A DNA stretch of 27,376 bases from a virus (IMGVR_UViG_3300005528_000161:1-27376), one strand, 5' to 3'; numbered from the stretch's first letter, positions 9,093-18,304 are shown. The notes: generated from the sequence alone by a model not told the origin. Numbers and translations: made by a program.

Positions 9093-10409
9093 TTATCCTC
9101 CGAGTTTCAAAGACGCACCGAAGTTAACGGTGCCTACGTCTGAGTTGTATCCGCTGACAGGCTTGCTCTTGAAGAGGTTAGCTCCCCAAGCAGCGCCCTG
9201 ACCACCATTGGTAGCCCCGGCTCTGTAGGTCTTCCACCCTTGAGTTGCGTTACCAAAGGCGTTAGTGAACCCTTGCTGTGCACCAGCGAAGTTCCCGTTC
9301 TGCATGTCATTGATAGCCATAGAGGCGTCAAGAACAGCCGCACCCGCCTGTGGGCCACCGAAGTAGGTAGCAACGCCAGCCCCGATGAAGGAGGTAACTT
9401 GTTGCAAACCAGACATCTTCTTGTGGTCAACGTACTGCGTGAAGTCCAGATCGGGAGTAAAGACCTCGAAGTCCTGATCGGCAATGATAGCCCCATAATC
9501 CTGCGATCTATAAAGAGGATCGTAGTTCTGGTTGTCTAGGATTGCGTCGAAGTTCTGCTCGTCGAAGACAGCCGTGTTGTCCTGCTCCGCGATGATAACT
9601 TCTCGATCTAGTTGCGCCCGACCAAAGCCGCCAAAGCCGTTGTAAGCCTCGCCCATAGCGTCTGCTTGTTGCCTTCGGGCAAACTGCACTCTAGAGGCGA
9701 TCTCTCGGTCTTCACGTTCTTCTCGCATGGATTGCCGCAGGGACATAGCGCTGTTAAACGCTTCCACAGACGAGCCACCGACACCGGCAGCAGCGGCGTT
9801 AGCGATTGTTGCTCCGAGAGTTTCGGAGTTAGCGATACGGTCGAAAGCCCTGCCCAATGTCGCACTATCCAGAGCAGCGTTGATTTGCTCTTGTAGAGCA
9901 TTAACCTGCTTACCCATAGCGTCAGTGCGCTGCTTGTTTCGGAGAGACACCGTCCAGTTGGCAACATCGGTTTCCACAGCCGCCCGCTCATTGCGAGCGG
10001 CCTGTAGAACCTTACGAGCTTCGGCTACTTGTATAGCCTCGTCGTTAAACTTAGCCTGAATGGCCAGCTTGCTCTTCATCTGCGCCCGGGCTACCGAGTT
10101 ACTGGTAGCCTGTATCTGACGCCGGGAAGAAGTGACGGTTGCTGATAAAGCGTTACTCGCGTTCTGCAAGCGCACATTAGACCCGTACAGGACTTCTTCC
10201 GCAGAGTTATTTGCGCTCTGAACTTGCCTTCTAGCAGTAGCAAAAGATTGTGAAGCCGCGTTGTTAGCAGCCTGCACAATCTTCTTGCTCTCGACAAGGC
10301 TCAACTGAGCCGCGTTCCTAGCTTTCTGTACAACCCGCGCCGCGTCAATCTGCGACTGCTTGACGATGTGCTCGTTGCCCGCATTGAGAATACGGAAAGC
10401 ACTACCCAT
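9093..10409 (-). CDS. Internal virion protein, T7 gp14-like, lengthened by internal repeats
   Basis: Follows tail tubular B. Ala/Gln/Asn-rich, with the motif NAAAAGVGGSSVE and a Gly-rich hydrophobic segment (FIGAGVATYFGGPQAGAAVL). 438 aa. Confidence 0.75.
   Translation of the reverse strand: MGSAFRILNAGNEHIVKQSQIDAARVVQKARNAAQLSLVESKKIVQAANNAASQSFATARRQVQSANNSAEEVLYGSNVRLQNASNALSATVTSSRRQIQATSNSVARAQMKSKLAIQAKFNDEAIQVAEARKVLQAARNERAAVETDVANWTVSLRNKQRTDAMGKQVNALQEQINAALDSATLGRAFDRIANSETLGATIANAAAAGVGGSSVEAFNSAMSLRQSMREEREDREIASRVQFARRQQADAMGEAYNGFGGFGRAQLDREVIIAEQDNTAVFDEQNFDAILDNQNYDPLYRSQDYGAIIADQDFEVFTPDLDFTQYVDHKKMSGLQQVTSFIGAGVATYFGGPQAGAAVLDASMAINDMQNGNFAGAQQGFTNAFGNATQGWKTYRAGATNGGQGAAWGANLFKSKPVSGYNSDVGTVNFGASLKLGG
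9423..9611 (-). repeat. Seven 9-aa tandem repeats in gp14-like protein
   Basis: LDREVIIAE/QDNTAVFDE/QNFDAILDN/QNYDPLYRS/QDYGAIIAD/QDFEVFTPD/LDFTQYVDH. Confidence 0.8.
9966..10343 (-). repeat. Seven 18-aa tandem repeats in gp14-like protein (residues 23-148)
   Basis: AARVVQKARNAAQLSLVE/SKKIVQAANNAASQSFAT/ARRQVQSANNSAEEVLYG/SNVRLQNASNALSATVTS/SRRQIQATSNSVARAQMK/SKLAIQAKFNDEAIQVAE/ARKVLQAARNERAAVETD. Q at position 6 and N at position 10 are invariant. Confidence 0.88.
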
Positions 10410-10412
10410 GAG

Positions 10413-12974
10413 TTACACCCTTCTCGAATTGTTAAAGTACTGTCCCGTCCACTCAATAGAAGTTATTGTCAGCGGTTGGAAATTTCTAGCTCTGACAGTG
10501 TAGGTACATTCTCTGACTTCCTTTCCTATCGTAGCAGGAACAACGGTAGTCACAATAGGAGCCTGTCCAACCTTGTTAGACGCCCTACCGAGAATACGTC
10601 CCGAGAAGTCAACTGCTGTGTTAGTCCCAGCAGGTGTGTGTACCTCGACTTTAACGCCGCCACTCTCCGCTATAGAAATCGACAAGCGACTAAGCGTCAG
10701 CCTTCCGATAACAATAGCGTTTCCGTTGTTGTCCCGCATATACGGGTTGGTAGGAGTAACGAAAGCGTTATAGCGAACCCCGGTCCATGTTTGCACTGGA
10801 GACATAGGGTACTGCTCAATGAACTCGGTTATGTGATCTAGGTCGGTTCCTAAGAAAGCCTTGTTTCCTTGGTCCTTACCGTGGACAAAATACATAACGT
10901 CGCCTAGTTGTGACGACGGGTTCATGAAGCTATCAGGGCTAGGAGACAGAACTGTTGACGTTGGCCTGAGGCTGTCAGCGTACGGGTAACTACTGAGAGT
11001 AGTATCCAGAACGAACCTGTCACAAGCGAACCAAACTTTTTCGTTTCCGTCCTTATCTTTTCCTGTTCTGAGAAGATAGACCAGAACGTCCCCGTCGTGT
11101 CTGGATAATCCGACTATGCTGCCCAAGCGTATATCCCACTCCCACTTAGACCAACTGTCAAACAGACGCTCTGCACCAGTCGCGGTGTCTAGATAAGCGT
11201 AAGTGTACAGGTTGTTTCTAGCAGCGGTAGTTCTGAGTAGGATAGCATTAGGCGCGGTCACAGCCACCAGTTCAACAGGCTCACCCTGAATGTACAGGTC
11301 GAGTTGCTGGCTGATGTTGAAGCTCTCTGGACTGTCAGCTAGAGAACCCATTTGGATTTGATGGACGGAGGTAACTCCAGAACGTGTCTTGGAGTAGAAG
11401 ACGAAGTTTCCTGAGTTGATCGGGTCTGCGTCTACCGCGTCCTCGTGAGATGAGATAACAACGATAGAGGCGGACTTAGGAGACAACGGAGACCTACCGT
11501 TCACTGTGTACTGCTTGCGCCGTCCAAACAACAAAAGGTTACGGTCATACGTCGTTGACGTCTTAATGGTGTCATCCTCAGAGCCAAGGGCGTACAGTTC
11601 AACCGGGTCATCATCTGCCACTGACAGCACTGAGGACTTAAACCAGTTGAAGTAGTCTCCGGGTCTAGAGAAGAACAGCACAGCGCCTGATCCGACAACT
11701 AGCCGGTCTTGGAACAAGCCTAGGTAATCTATTTTTTTACCCATGAAGTACGGAAGCGGGGAAGTGATGTCATCGCCAACTTCGTTCACCTTGAACTGCG
11801 GAGTAGGGTCGCCCGTAAGCGATGTCAGCGAGGCTGACGTACCACCGATATACAAGGTCTCGTTCTTGACTGTTCCGATACCGAACACAGCCTGAGGCGT
11901 CATCTCGTACCCGGCGACTTCCTTCCAAGTTACTTCTGTCCAATTAGAAGAATTGTCCTTAGCTACCGCCATAAGATACAAGGCGTCTTTGCCGTTGTTC
12001 TTCTTCGGCCTAACTCTAACAATCTTTCCCGGGTAGTGCACGCCAGAAACAAGATCAATGTTGGCCACTTGCCCGCCAACGGCTCTCGCCAGCGATCCAT
12101 CCCCGCCGTCATCAACGGACACTTCCTTGTAGTTAAGATCATCGAAACACAAGGTGCCTGCTACTACAGAGCAAGCAACTCCTTCCGCAGCGAATAAAGC
12201 TCTCAGCTTTTCAGCGATGTTCTCAGGAGTGATATCTGCGGCGGCTGTGCCGATCCACTTGTTAACTTCCGCATTGTAGGCATTGACCCTGTCATTTACC
12301 TTTTTCTGGTATTCGGGGTCACTCGACGAGATGTCAGAAGTTGACAGCAAAGTCTGATACGAAGACGAAACCGTCTTGTAGCTCTTGCTTATCTTAGTAC
12401 CGTTCGTGTGCGTCAGGGTTACTGTGAAATTCCTAGAGTACGCCCCGCCACGAAACCACACGACCATTTTTCTGGTGTTAGAAACTTCCGCCCACTTATC
12501 AACAGCAGCGTAAGACGGAACCACCGTGTTACCTGCTATAAACAGGTACTTGCCCACGTTGACAATAGCGGAGACGCCACCAGAGACAAGGCTAGCCACA
12601 AGCGGGTCCGATCCTAGGACAACTGGTACGATCTTCCTAGTGTCCTTATTGAAGGCCCAAGCAAATGCATCCTGTCCCAATGAACCCGTGTCTGGCTTAG
12701 ACCTATAGACGATGTCGTACTCTACCCCACCCACAAAGAAAGTGAACACCTTGTGCCTAGCCGTATCTTCCAGCCACTTGTTATGTGTAGCTTCGACGTA
12801 ACTGGCTACGACTTTCTCGTCTTGTAGAATAGACCCGTGCCTACGGGCCAGCCCGCGCACAGGGTCAGAGATCATGTTGACTTGCTCGAAGTGCTGCCCC
12901 GGGCGTCTGTCCTGCGGCACCTGCTCCGAAACGCCTCGCACGACGCTGGCATAAGAGCCTGAGACTTTCGCCAT
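10413..12974 (-). CDS. Tail tubular protein B (nozzle, T7 gp12-like)
   Basis: 853 aa. N-terminal GVSEQVPQDRRPGQ...NMISDPVRGLARRHG, plus FQDRL, SRPGDYFNWF and WSKWEW motifs. Synteny supports the call. Confidence 0.92.
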   Translation of the reverse strand: MAKVSGSYASVVRGVSEQVPQDRRPGQHFEQVNMISDPVRGLARRHGSILQDEKVVASYVEATHNKWLEDTARHKVFTFFVGGVEYDIVYRSKPDTGSLGQDAFAWAFNKDTRKIVPVVLGSDPLVASLVSGGVSAIVNVGKYLFIAGNTVVPSYAAVDKWAEVSNTRKMVVWFRGGAYSRNFTVTLTHTNGTKISKSYKTVSSSYQTLLSTSDISSSDPEYQKKVNDRVNAYNAEVNKWIGTAAADITPENIAEKLRALFAAEGVACSVVAGTLCFDDLNYKEVSVDDGGDGSLARAVGGQVANIDLVSGVHYPGKIVRVRPKKNNGKDALYLMAVAKDNSSNWTEVTWKEVAGYEMTPQAVFGIGTVKNETLYIGGTSASLTSLTGDPTPQFKVNEVGDDITSPLPYFMGKKIDYLGLFQDRLVVGSGAVLFFSRPGDYFNWFKSSVLSVADDDPVELYALGSEDDTIKTSTTYDRNLLLFGRRKQYTVNGRSPLSPKSASIVVISSHEDAVDADPINSGNFVFYSKTRSGVTSVHQIQMGSLADSPESFNISQQLDLYIQGEPVELVAVTAPNAILLRTTAARNNLYTYAYLDTATGAERLFDSWSKWEWDIRLGSIVGLSRHDGDVLVYLLRTGKDKDGNEKVWFACDRFVLDTTLSSYPYADSLRPTSTVLSPSPDSFMNPSSQLGDVMYFVHGKDQGNKAFLGTDLDHITEFIEQYPMSPVQTWTGVRYNAFVTPTNPYMRDNNGNAIVIGRLTLSRLSISIAESGGVKVEVHTPAGTNTAVDFSGRILGRASNKVGQAPIVTTVVPATIGKEVRECTYTVRARNFQPLTITSIEWTGQYFNNSRRV

Positions 12975-12985
12975 GGTCTGCTCCT

Positions 12986-13576
12986 TTAGGTTCGACTATA
13001 GTTGCGGTTGAAGAAACCCATCCTCGCCATCTCGTACTGTACGGAAGGGCGATAAAGGAGGTTTACTTGTTGATTGCGGATATGTTCCGTGTTGAGAGCA
13101 GCGAGGGCCTCTCGGACATTCCTCTCGATAAGCCGGGTCTTTTGACCGTCAGCATCGTAGCTAATCTGGAACTCCATCACCGCGCATTGCGCGATGTAAG
13201 AAGCAGCGCTAGGCGGAAGGTCCTCGAATGGGATAGACCTAGTAACAGCGCACTTAACTTCCTGAGTAAACTTGTAGCTTGAATTCTCGGTGTTGTACAA
13301 GCGCCTGCCGCGCTGTACAAAAAGATTTTCTGGCTTGAGGGGGTCAACGCTGATTGCATCCGCAGGTGTGAGAATGTACCCGTCGTCGTCAGGAGACAGC
13401 GTTACAATCTCCTTATTAAACCACCAGCCCTTAGCCTGCTCGCGCCACGAGGCGACCTTGAGGAAGCGAACGCCAGCAGCGACCATAGGATGATCGTCTT
13501 CGATAGCGTTGAGGGGGCTCTCGCCAAGGGTAGCGAGCATGTCGTTGATAACGTCAAGCTCTGTTAGAAACGCCAT
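12986..13576 (-). CDS. Tail tubular protein A (adaptor, T7 gp11-like)
   Basis: TELDVINDMLATLGESP, GWWFN, QRGRRLYN and PFEDLP motifs. Follows the capsid gene; AAGGAG SD. Confidence 0.92.
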   Translation of the reverse strand: MAFLTELDVINDMLATLGESPLNAIEDDHPMVAAGVRFLKVASWREQAKGWWFNKEIVTLSPDDDGYILTPADAISVDPLKPENLFVQRGRRLYNTENSSYKFTQEVKCAVTRSIPFEDLPPSAASYIAQCAVMEFQISYDADGQKTRLIERNVREALAALNTEHIRNQQVNLLYRPSVQYEMARMGFFNRNYSRT

Positions 13577-13591
13577 TGTGGCTCCTTATAA

Positions 13592-13629
13592 CGAAAGAAA
13601 CCCCTACCCACAATTAAGTAGGTAGGGGC
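13592..13629 (-). terminator. Intrinsic terminator after major capsid gene (T-phi equivalent)
   Basis: GCCCCUACCUAC-UUAAUU-GUGGGUAGGGGU followed by UUCUUUCG, at the canonical position. Confidence 0.85.
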
Positions 13630-13638
13630 ATACTAGTA

Positions 13639-14661
13639 TTACGGGATCCAGATCGAGCCCGCGTACTCTGCACGGTTGGCGGTAGCGCCAAACGCCAGAT
13701 GGCTGTCAACGAACCACATCTTGTAGTTCTTGTCGTAGAACACGTCCGAAGTCAGCGGGATGGTTTCACCCGCCAGCAGAGCCCGCGCCGAGAACATCAG
13801 TCCGACAAGCTTGGTGAAGTCGCCATTGTAGGCGTTACCGTTACCCGTGGTAGAAAGTTCGTGAGCGGTGATGTTCGTGTTCGGGATGTTCACGCTGGAG
13901 ATAACGGGAACGCCGAGCGCCTTGTAGATAGGCACACCGGTCATGTCGTTACCGTCCGAAGTCCGGAAGTTTCCGTTGACGATCTGGTCGGCGTCAGCCA
14001 GAGCATAGAACTGCTCGGGACGAACGGCGAGGATCAGGTCGTCTTGGGCCGGGACGACGTCCTTGTTCTCAAAGAGAACGCAAAGGTCACGGATAGCCTT
14101 ATAGAGCTTCGCCGGGTCCTGACGATCACCCGCGTTACCGAGAGTGACGACGTTACCGCCAAAGTGGCCGGCAGGCTTACCCGCTTGACCGTTGTTGAAC
14201 TTGGAGTGCGCGAGTTGGGAAGCCTTCGCCGCCTGAATGAACAGGGCTTGGTCGAAGAACTTGCTGATCCGGCGACCGTGTTCGATACCGACTTCCTTAC
14301 GCGCATCGTAGCTGGTCTGGAAAGTTTCCAGCAGAGCCATGGTGTTCCGCGCGTTAATCAGGGTGTCGATAACGAGGTTCGCCTTGGAGAATTCCGCAAC
14401 GGTGGCGTCCGGAGCTTGTCCGGGGATAACCTTCTGGAGAGACACTTCACCAACGGCGTAGTTCTGGATAGTGTTAGTACCCCGAACAGGCCGCAGAGGG
14501 ACCCAACCTTGAAGAACCGAGCGGCGCTCGATAGTGTGTTCCACATGACCGCCGTATTCAGCGATGATCTGGTTCATAGTGCCCGCAGCATCACCAACGG
14601 TACGAGCCGGGTTGGTGATCTGGGCAGCCGGAATATTGCCGGCGTCGTCAAAAAGAGGCAT
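13639..14661 (-). CDS. Major capsid protein (T7 gp10-like)
   Basis: 340 aa with motifs EYGGHVEHTI, LVIDTLI, KFFDQALFIQ, RPEQFYAL and AFGATANRAE. Lies between scaffold and tail tubular A, followed by a terminator. Confidence 0.93.
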   Translation of the reverse strand: MPLFDDAGNIPAAQITNPARTVGDAAGTMNQIIAEYGGHVEHTIERRSVLQGWVPLRPVRGTNTIQNYAVGEVSLQKVIPGQAPDATVAEFSKANLVIDTLINARNTMALLETFQTSYDARKEVGIEHGRRISKFFDQALFIQAAKASQLAHSKFNNGQAGKPAGHFGGNVVTLGNAGDRQDPAKLYKAIRDLCVLFENKDVVPAQDDLILAVRPEQFYALADADQIVNGNFRTSDGNDMTGVPIYKALGVPVISSVNIPNTNITAHELSTTGNGNAYNGDFTKLVGLMFSARALLAGETIPLTSDVFYDKNYKMWFVDSHLAFGATANRAEYAGSIWIP

Positions 14662-14676
14662 TTAGCGTCCTTGTAT

Positions 14677-15471
14677 TTAGCGCCGGACCCTAGACCAGAT
14701 GGCCTTGTACTCTGGCGAGTTGTTTAGATTGTCGGAGCCGATACGGCGGGCGAGCTTATTGACTTCTGCAACAGCTTCCCGTCGTGTCAGCGGGGCTTGA
14801 GGAGCGGGGCTCCCGTTAGCACTCGCGCCGTAACGCGAAGTGGCAGACGTGGGGTTGACGACAACGCCGCCAGCCTTCTCGTATTGGGCAGCAATCAGCA
14901 TAGCCGCCGCGCGGGCCTGAATAGGTCCGGAGGTTAGCATAGCGTTGAGTTGCTGCTTCTCCTCAGGGGTTGCCTGAGTACGAGCCCACTCCTGAATAGC
15001 AGTCCACTGGGCTTCCCCTCCCACCGCAGTATGAACGGCGGAGGCAATGGCTTGTTTAGAGGCTAGGTCCGCCGCTTGGCTTTCCTTATACGCCTTTTCG
15101 GCCAGAGCGATGAACTTCTCGTAGCCCCGGGCCTTATCGCCCATACTCGACAGCAGCGCATCCAGCAGGGAGAAGTCCCCATTGATGGCAGCAGCGAAGG
15201 CCGGGTTAGTTTCGTCAATACCGAGCTTGCCTACGAAGTCCAGAGCCAAATCAAGGCCCGGGTCTCCGGTAGGCTCAAACTCGTAAACGGGAGTTTCTCC
15301 CTGCTTCTGTTCGCCTTCCGCAGCAGCCTTAGCAGCAGCGGCGGCTTCGTCCACTTTGGACTTCGGCTCAACGATCAGTTGTCCGGGATTGTCCTGCGTG
15401 GGATTAGTGGCAGCGTCTTGAAGCTGCTCACTTGCGGTTTGTAGTGCGCTTTCGGAAACGGCGTCCGTCAA
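14677..15471 (-). CDS. Capsid scaffolding protein (T7 gp9-like)
   Basis: Acidic N-terminus and VGGEAQWTAIQEWA motif. TTG start overlaps the portal TGA (TTGA). Synteny supports the call. Confidence 0.85.
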   Translation of the reverse strand: MTDAVSESALQTASEQLQDAATNPTQDNPGQLIVEPKSKVDEAAAAAKAAAEGEQKQGETPVYEFEPTGDPGLDLALDFVGKLGIDETNPAFAAAINGDFSLLDALLSSMGDKARGYEKFIALAEKAYKESQAADLASKQAIASAVHTAVGGEAQWTAIQEWARTQATPEEKQQLNAMLTSGPIQARAAAMLIAAQYEKAGGVVVNPTSATSRYGASANGSPAPQAPLTRREAVAEVNKLARRIGSDNLNNSPEYKAIWSRVRR

Positions 15472-17015
15472 GCTGGAACTCCTTGTGCTTGTGTCTTAGC
15501 AACCTCGCCTGCGATCTGTACGCCCTGTTCTTGGGCTAGCGCCATTGTCTGCTGCTCGATTGCAGCGCGACGTTCGGCTTCGATCTGCTCCGGTGTCTTC
15601 ATGAATTCCCCGGTGTTAATCCGACGTGCGGCGGCGAAAGCCTTAGCAACAGCGTCAAGATTGAGAACACCAAGAAGTTCGGGCGGCATTGATTGCAGCC
15701 CGGCCATGTCAGCCAACCAGAGTTTAAGGTCTTCTAGGTCGCCGGTTCTAGATAGGGCATCTAGGCCCGTTACGATTGAGGGTCGGACCCGACTTTCGCC
15801 AAGCTTAAAACCGACCTTATCCATTAGCCAGTAGGCCATAGGTATTTGGAAGTCTACCGCCAGCCGAGAATACGCGCCGCCGAGAGAAGTTTCCAACTCT
15901 GTAGCCTGCATACGGATTTCTTCGGCAGTAACACGCTCTGCGTCTCGGGTCACAGCGGACCCTAGCAGGAACCCCCTACCAATACGAGTGATGTACTCCT
16001 GCCCAACGGACATGACGATTTGAAGGTCGCCACTTTTGTTGGACTGGATAATCGTAACGTCACCGTCTTGCCCGGGGATAGCCGCACCATTCTCACTGTC
16101 CCGGAAATCTTCCGGCCTTGTCATCCCACCGGGATTTACGAGCCAACGGAATTCCGAAGAGAGGATGGCTCCCATAACCTGTGCTTTTGAGAGCATGGAC
16201 AGACCGGCAAAGTCGCCTTGGTAATCCTCGACTAGCCCTGTGCCGTAGTCGGCGTCATCGGACAAGTCCCATGTGAGAACGCGAAACGGAAGTTGATCCT
16301 CAGGCCACCTGCCGTTGAATTCAGCAGGCAGTTGGTGCTGGTCTACCCATTGGGTCATTCGATAGTCGCCATTGGCGTCTCGCTTGATCCAACGATAGAG
16401 ACAGACTTCACGATCCTCGTTGTTCTTGTACACACCGCCAACCCACTTAGAGCAGACCGCTTGTACTTCCGGGTCGAGTTCGTCGAACATAACCTTGTCG
16501 GCTTGGAGAATTTCCAAGATAGCGCCGCTCATAGAACGGCGGACGCAGTAGTTCCTAAGGCCGACAACCCGTGCCCCTTCGGGCTCAAGAATAAGAAGAG
16601 CATTACCCGTGACGATCAGGTGCTTTACCGCCTCATAGAGCTTAGGTCGAATTGACATCCGATCAAGTTCTGCAATGGCCTTCTTCTCGCCCATAGCCAG
16701 CATTTCAACCATCTCTGACTTGCCTACTCCTAGGGCCGTCAATGTGGCCTCTAGTTCAGCGTCAGCGTCTAGACGGAAGAACGGCCTACTAGGAGCAAAC
16801 AGCGCCAGCATGATCTTGTTAGCAAGATGGTTTACCGCCTGTGCGCCTACCGCTTGAAAGTCGTGAGACAACTCGTGATGGTTCTGGTCGTAGCTCTCGT
16901 GTGGCAGCAGCTTCGGAATAGTGAAAGCCGCGTACTTCTCACAGCGGTTCATGAACCCACACCGCTTACCCTCCATTTGGAGCCAGCGGCCTGAGGCATC
17001 TCCTGCATAGGCCAT
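15468..17015 (-). CDS. Portal / head-tail connector (T7 gp8-like)
   Basis: 515 aa. Motifs GAQAVNHLANKIMLALF, PFFRL, YGTGLVEDY, RDAERVTAEEIR and LGGAYSRLA. Confidence 0.95.
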   Translation of the reverse strand: MAYAGDASGRWLQMEGKRCGFMNRCEKYAAFTIPKLLPHESYDQNHHELSHDFQAVGAQAVNHLANKIMLALFAPSRPFFRLDADAELEATLTALGVGKSEMVEMLAMGEKKAIAELDRMSIRPKLYEAVKHLIVTGNALLILEPEGARVVGLRNYCVRRSMSGAILEILQADKVMFDELDPEVQAVCSKWVGGVYKNNEDREVCLYRWIKRDANGDYRMTQWVDQHQLPAEFNGRWPEDQLPFRVLTWDLSDDADYGTGLVEDYQGDFAGLSMLSKAQVMGAILSSEFRWLVNPGGMTRPEDFRDSENGAAIPGQDGDVTIIQSNKSGDLQIVMSVGQEYITRIGRGFLLGSAVTRDAERVTAEEIRMQATELETSLGGAYSRLAVDFQIPMAYWLMDKVGFKLGESRVRPSIVTGLDALSRTGDLEDLKLWLADMAGLQSMPPELLGVLNLDAVAKAFAAARRINTGEFMKTPEQIEAERRAAIEQQTMALAQEQGVQIAGEVAKTQAQGVPA

Positions 17016-17024
17016 TTGTACTCC

Positions 17025-17666
17025 TTAGAGGGTAATTCCCGATGTAGACGTACTGTTCGACATAAACGAAGCACGGACGGGCCTGCGCCTGCCTGTCTCC
17101 GGGTCGATCTCAGCTTGATCCTTAGTGTCCGAAGCAAGGGTAACTTCAACGCTATCCTGCTTCTTCTGCTCTGTCATCTCTTGCGCCTTAGCTAGAGCGG
17201 CTTGCCGGCCAATCTCCATTTCACGCGCTTGTTGGCTAGCTTGGGCAGCATCGCGTTGATCCTGCGCTTGCTTGTTAGCACTCTCTTTTGCAGCGAGACT
17301 TTGTTGCTCCATGTAAGCGAACTGCTTAGCACTCGCTTCGTCAGCACGCCTACCATTCTCAGCAATCAGAGCATTCTGGTTTGCAGCCGCCTCTTGCGTA
17401 AGGCGCATGTTTTCTGCGTACTGCGCTTCCTGACGCCTTGCGGACTCTTGGGCGACACGAGCATTCTCTGCAATCTGTGCGGCCTGCCTTTCAGCAGCGG
17501 CAGCAGCTTGGGCAGCAGCGTCCCTAGTAGCAGCAGCGGTAAGTTCGGCAGCCTTACGAGTTTCTTCGGCAGCAGCCGCTGTAGCGGCAGCAGTTTGATC
17601 CGCCGCTGCCTTAGTAGCTGCGGCTTGTTGCTTGGCCGCCTTCTTCCCACCAAAAAGGTTTCCCAT
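17025..17666 (-). CDS. Virion protein, positional T7 gp7.3-like, with long Ala/Gln-rich helical extension
   Basis: Immediately upstream of the portal. N-terminal MGNLFGGKK and C-terminal basic patch plus short tail (GRRRPVR...SGITL) fit this positional class. 213 aa. Confidence 0.65.
   Translation of the reverse strand: MGNLFGGKKAAKQQAAATKAAADQTAAATAAAAEETRKAAELTAAATRDAAAQAAAAAERQAAQIAENARVAQESARRQEAQYAENMRLTQEAAANQNALIAENGRRADEASAKQFAYMEQQSLAAKESANKQAQDQRDAAQASQQAREMEIGRQAALAKAQEMTEQKKQDSVEVTLASDTKDQAEIDPETGRRRPVRASFMSNSTSTSGITL
17229..17606 (-). repeat. About seven 18-aa repeats in gp7.3-like protein (residues 21-146)
   Basis: TAAAT at 25 and 43; Q at 61/79/97/115/133; AEN at 66/84/102; E at 74/92/110/128. 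All are spaced by 18. Confidence 0.75.
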
Positions 17667-17682
17667 TATTGGTCTTCCTGTG

Positions 17683-18126
17683 TTAGGTTAGTGCTGGGTC
17701 TTGAACTAGGATGATAGTCTCTGTCTTAAAACCCAACTTGTGATAAACAGAGGCGAGCGCGGCATCAGTCCGCGTCAGCGCCGTTCCGACGCACACGAGC
17801 TTCGCGCCCGCCTCCTCGCGCTTGCGTTCTAAAAACGAAGCGACGTTCTTGAAGTCACCGCCGGGTACCAGCCTAAGGATTATGACTTCGTTAAGAAGCA
17901 CTACATCCTCTTTGGCATACCAAGGGGTGACTAATTCATATACGACCAAGAATGCATCATCAACGATGTAAGCGTTATCGCTTGCGTAGATGCTATCTAA
18001 GCACGTATCAATATCTATGAATTTGAACCAAGCTTTATGATCTGGCCAAGACCGCATCTTTCGTAGATGCTTTGTCATCACTACCTTAATTAGATAGTAG
18101 TCTTGTCTTGTTATTTTACGGATCAA
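17683..18126 (-). CDS. Putative GNAT-fold acetyltransferase
   Basis: 147 aa with a C-terminal 'ASVYHKLGF' GNAT motif-B-like signature. phiKMV-like phages carry such a gene between RNAP and portal. TTG start overlaps the upstream ORF. Confidence 0.6.
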   Translation of the reverse strand: MIRKITRQDYYLIKVVMTKHLRKMRSWPDHKAWFKFIDIDTCLDSIYASDNAYIVDDAFLVVYELVTPWYAKEDVVLLNEVIILRLVPGGDFKNVASFLERKREEAGAKLVCVGTALTRTDAALASVYHKLGFKTETIILVQDPALT

Positions 18127-18295
18127 CTACTAATCCTCTTCGGACTAGCCTCAGGACGTGCTGTACTCCTAGAGCGAAGCCTGCTTCTAATTCTGTAGAT
18201 GGAACTGGTTTACATAGAGCTTCTGATTGTTGTTCTAGAAGTTTATATACTTCTGGAGTTAGTCTTACCAATCTAGTTTGGGTATCTTCTGGCAA
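18116..18295 (-). CDS. Small hypothetical protein, 59 aa (below ORF-track cutoff), first gene after the promoter
   Basis: TTG start 6 nt after AGGAG: MPEDTQTRLVRLTPEVYKLLEQQSEALCKPVPSTELEAGFALGVQHVLRLVRRGLVVDP*. It fills the gap between the promoter and the GNAT gene. Confidence 0.75.
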   Translation of the reverse strand: MPEDTQTRLVRLTPEVYKLLEQQSEALCKPVPSTELEAGFALGVQHVLRLVRRGLVVDP

Positions 18296-18304
18296 TAGAT
18301 GCTC

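Noticed and set aside
13577-13660. T7 gp10B-like frameshift extension of the capsid protein
   Set aside because: The stop is followed directly by a terminator and the next gene, leaving no room for an extension. No slippery site is evident.
13699-14727. 342-aa plus-strand ORF antisense to the capsid gene
   Set aside because: It is a codon-register mirror of a strongly biased gene. It has no recognisable motifs and runs against the uniform minus-strand transcription.
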